Positions 61,651-64,000 of a stretch of DNA of 64,000 nt are shown here, piece after piece. The stretch lies in the NCBI GenBank assembly GCA_020632265.1, contig JACKFW010000001.1, positions 919,272 to 983,271 on the forward strand, in the 5' to 3' direction. Every line of letters begins with the position of its first letter. Positions within the stretch are counted from its first letter, which is position 1. The notes beneath the pieces are model-generated. The model worked only from the letters and a program-made list of their open reading frames with translations. It was not told where the DNA came from and made no database searches. Both the position numbers and the translations under genes were made by a program. The DNA comes from Pseudomonadales bacterium (lineage in GTDB: Bacteria; Patescibacteriota; Microgenomatia; UBA1400; PJMF01).

Positions 61651-62310
61651 ATGATAAAAATACCCTACTGGATTAAAGTTCACACGCTTTTGGTCAAATA
61701 TAAACAAATTATTTTAAATATATTTTTAACTCTTCAAATCTTGGGAATGGGAATAATTGTTTCAGGATTTTACCTTTTTTCAAATTTCACTGAAGTTTTT
61801 ATTTTGATTGCACAGCGTGGTAATTCTCTTGGAACTTTGGCGCTTTTATTGTTTTTGACCACCCTTCTTCCAGGTATTTTTTCCAGATTTAAAGTTTTTC
61901 CATTAGTCGGTGCTAGTATTGTTTTATTTAGAAGACAAATTGGAATTCTAATGTTTATTGTTGCAATGATTCATTCATTTTATGTCAGTACAATTCCTGC
62001 TGTAATGACTGGCACTTTTGGACCTGAATTTGTAACTTCTAGAGAAATTTTAGGTTCTTTGTCATTAATTATTTTATTGCCAGTTTGGTTAACTTCAAAT
62101 AATATTTCTCAGAAATTTTTTGGTAAGTTTTGGATAAATATCCAGCGTCTGACATATTTTGCCTTAATTGCAATTTTTGCTCATGTGGCATTGACTTCTT
62201 ATAAGTCAGCATTAATTGCTTTGATAGTTTTGTTATTAGAAATTTTTTCTTGGATGAATGTTTGGTTTTTTTCAAAAAAAAATAACCCCTCGGCTGAATT
62301 AGATTCTTAA
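61651..62310 (+). CDS. Membrane protein with conserved TM histidines (ferric-reductase/MsrQ-like?)
   Basis: About 6 TM helices, with His in helices ...MIHSFYVS... and ...FAHVALT... Weak assignment. Confidence 0.3.
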   Translation: MIKIPYWIKVHTLLVKYKQIILNIFLTLQILGMGIIVSGFYLFSNFTEVFILIAQRGNSLGTLALLLFLTTLLPGIFSRFKVFPLVGASIVLFRRQIGILMFIVAMIHSFYVSTIPAVMTGTFGPEFVTSREILGSLSLIILLPVWLTSNNISQKFFGKFWINIQRLTYFALIAIFAHVALTSYKSALIALIVLLLEIFSWMNVWFFSKKNNPSAELDS

Positions 62311-62592
62311 GCTTGAAAAACTTGATTTTGTTAAGAGATATCCCAGAGCACTTCTAAAACTTTATCTTTTTTTGAGTAATTCAAGTTTATAGTCATAAAC
62401 TTTTAGAAGTACTCTGGGTATATTTTAATCTCAATAACTTACGACAAAGTGACTTTGCAATAAGGTCACAGCGTTTGTTATTAGCTTATAGTATATCAAA
62501 ATATTGCTAAATTGTAAAGTTATAAGACGTAAAAATTCCATTTAGAGAATTAGCTAACAATTGACTTTTCTCGAGTGGTACAATATGTATTC

Positions 62593-63792
62593 ATGTCAAA
62601 GGATCAAAATAATACAAGTCGAAGAAAAACCTACTTTATTCATACTTTTGGTTGTCAATCAAATAAGAGTGATTCCGAAAGAATTGCTGGTGACTATGAA
62701 GCCAAAGGCTATGTTGAGGCAAAGAACTGGATGTCTTGCGACGATTTGATAGTTAATACTTGTGCAGTACGTCAGAGAGCTGAGGATCGAGCTAGAGGTT
62801 TTTTGCACAAAGTGGTTGTTTATTTTAATAACCTAAAGAGTGCAAGTCAGCAAGACATCAAGAGACCTAAAATTATCTTAACTGGTTGTATGGTTCATCA
62901 TGGTAATGAAAAGCTATACGAAATGATGCCGATGGTAGATGAAATTTTGCCAATCAATGAAGTTGGTTTCAATCAAGCAACACTTAGAAAGGATAGCAAA
63001 CATGCCTGGATCCCAATCTCAACAGGATGTAATTCTTTTTGTACATATTGTATTGTGCCCTACTCCAGAGGTAGAGAGAAATCTCGAAGTTTGGAATCAA
63101 TCTTGGAAGAAGTAAAAAGTTTGGTTGATAAAGGTTATTCAGAAGTTACACTTTTAGGTATGAATGTGAATTCTTGGGGTTTGGAAAAGTTGGGAATTGG
63201 TTTTAGAAAATTGATGATGGAAAAGATTGATTTTAATAGAAGTGATTTACCAGATAATCAGTCACAATATCTAACGCCCAAAGGTATTCCTCCTTTCGTA
63301 AAATTATTACAAAAAGTTTCAGAATTTCCGGAAATTGAAAAAATCAGATTTATGAGTAGTAATCCATGGGATTTTCACGATGAATTAATTGAAGAAATTG
63401 GAAGAAATAAAAAAATTGATCGTTATGTACATTTGCCAATTCAATCTGGGAGTAATGCAGTGCTTTATAGAATGAATCGCGGTTATACAAAGGAAAGATA
63501 TATTGAAGTTGTAGAAAAACTAAAAAAAGCTGATCCCGAAATTGTAATCGGAACAGACATAGTGGTTGGTTTTGCTGGAGAGACAGAAGCTGAATTTCAA
63601 GAAACCGTAGATTTAGCAAAAGAAATGGATTGGAAAGTTGGTTTTGTAGCAATATATTCTCCTAGACCAGGCACCGCTGGTTGGAAAATATATCCAGATA
63701 CAATTTCACATCAAGAAAAAAAGCGTCGTTGGGAAATTTTAGATCAGATTATTAATAAAGATAATTTGAGTGTTCGTCCAACTGTTATTTAA
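62593..63792 (+). CDS. MiaB/RimO-family radical-SAM methylthiotransferase
   Basis: N-terminal MTTase cysteines (FGCQSNKSDSE...C...C), radical-SAM CNSFCTYC and a C-terminal TRAM domain. ATG at 62593 preferred over the GTG at 62575. Confidence 0.8.
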   Translation: MSKDQNNTSRRKTYFIHTFGCQSNKSDSERIAGDYEAKGYVEAKNWMSCDDLIVNTCAVRQRAEDRARGFLHKVVVYFNNLKSASQQDIKRPKIILTGCMVHHGNEKLYEMMPMVDEILPINEVGFNQATLRKDSKHAWIPISTGCNSFCTYCIVPYSRGREKSRSLESILEEVKSLVDKGYSEVTLLGMNVNSWGLEKLGIGFRKLMMEKIDFNRSDLPDNQSQYLTPKGIPPFVKLLQKVSEFPEIEKIRFMSSNPWDFHDELIEEIGRNKKIDRYVHLPIQSGSNAVLYRMNRGYTKERYIEVVEKLKKADPEIVIGTDIVVGFAGETEAEFQETVDLAKEMDWKVGFVAIYSPRPGTAGWKIYPDTISHQEKKRRWEILDQIINKDNLSVRPTVI

Positions 63793-63820
63793 AGCAGTTA
63801 TTTTAAAAAGTTATTTATAT

Positions 63821-64000
63821 ATGAATATTTTAATTTCTATCTTTGGACCAACTGCGGTGGGAAAAACTTCTTTTGCATTGAAGCTTGCTAGCCAAGCTGT
63901 TCAATTAAAAAATGAACATGGCAATAAAATTTTTACAGGTGTAGATATAATTTCAGCTGATTCTCGCCAAATCTATCAAGGTCTTGAAGTTTTGACTGGT
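63821..64000 (+). CDS. miaA: tRNA dimethylallyltransferase, 5' part (continues past window end)
   Basis: ISIFGPTAVGKTSFALKLA (P-loop) ...ISADSRQIYQGLEVLTG. Confidence 0.8.
   Translation, partial: MNILISIFGPTAVGKTSFALKLASQAVQLKNEHGNKIFTGVDIISADSRQIYQGLEVLTG

Noticed and set aside
62561-62584. TTGACT ... TGgTACAAT promoter-like elements upstream of the MiaB-family gene.
   Set aside because: Spacing between the -35-like and -10-like hexamers is only ~12 nt. At best it is an extended -10 alone, which is not a confident promoter call.

Overview
This is a low-GC window (about 30-35% by eye) that reads cleanly in the standard genetic code and is densely packed with small-genome housekeeping genes. 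The gene content and style suggest a Patescibacteria/CPR-like bacterium; this is an inference. Calls supported by recognisable protein motifs in the six-frame track are: nfo, folD, rpsB-tsf, tgt, a YebC-family regulator, xerC/D-type tyrosine recombinase, gyrA, family-II pyrophosphatase, gyrB, a degenerate holB-like clamp-loader subunit, KH-rpsP, rnc, nusB, a short rpmF ORF absent from the ORF track, recG, tyrS, pheST, a class-A PBP, rplT-rpmI-infC, trigger factor, a MiaB-family radical-SAM enzyme and the start of miaA. I parsed three tRNAs by hand: Ala-GGC, Val-GAC and Cys-GCA. The accessory content is a type IV pilus locus split into two halves. The first half carries pilB-pilT-pilC, a major pilin, pilD and five more prepilin-like genes. 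The second half carries a PilX-like gene followed by pilM-pilN-pilO. Between the halves sit a convergent operon encoding a 1341-aa Cys-rich Ig-like surface protein with a lipoprotein-like partner, and a very AT-rich ~2.7 kb cassette. The cassette holds two divergently oriented paralogous genes flanking a class-I SAM methyltransferase. Each paralog fuses a flavodoxin-fold (TIR/nucleoside-2-deoxyribosyltransferase-like) domain to a C-terminal ribbon-helix-helix, and a perfect 17-bp palindrome sits in the shared promoter region. I consider this cassette the best candidate for an undescribed nucleotide-centred regulatory or conflict module. Other notable features: a 2.3-kb gene-free, repeat-rich region upstream of the recombinase with a twice-repeated GC-containing 14-mer (a dif/att-like candidate); perfect in-frame tandem DNA repeats extending ribosomal proteins S2 and S16 and the N-terminus of PilB; a duplicated fragment of the gyrA 5' end; and a GC-richer two-gene block abutting tRNA-Val. 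No CRISPR array, rRNA or transposase was seen.
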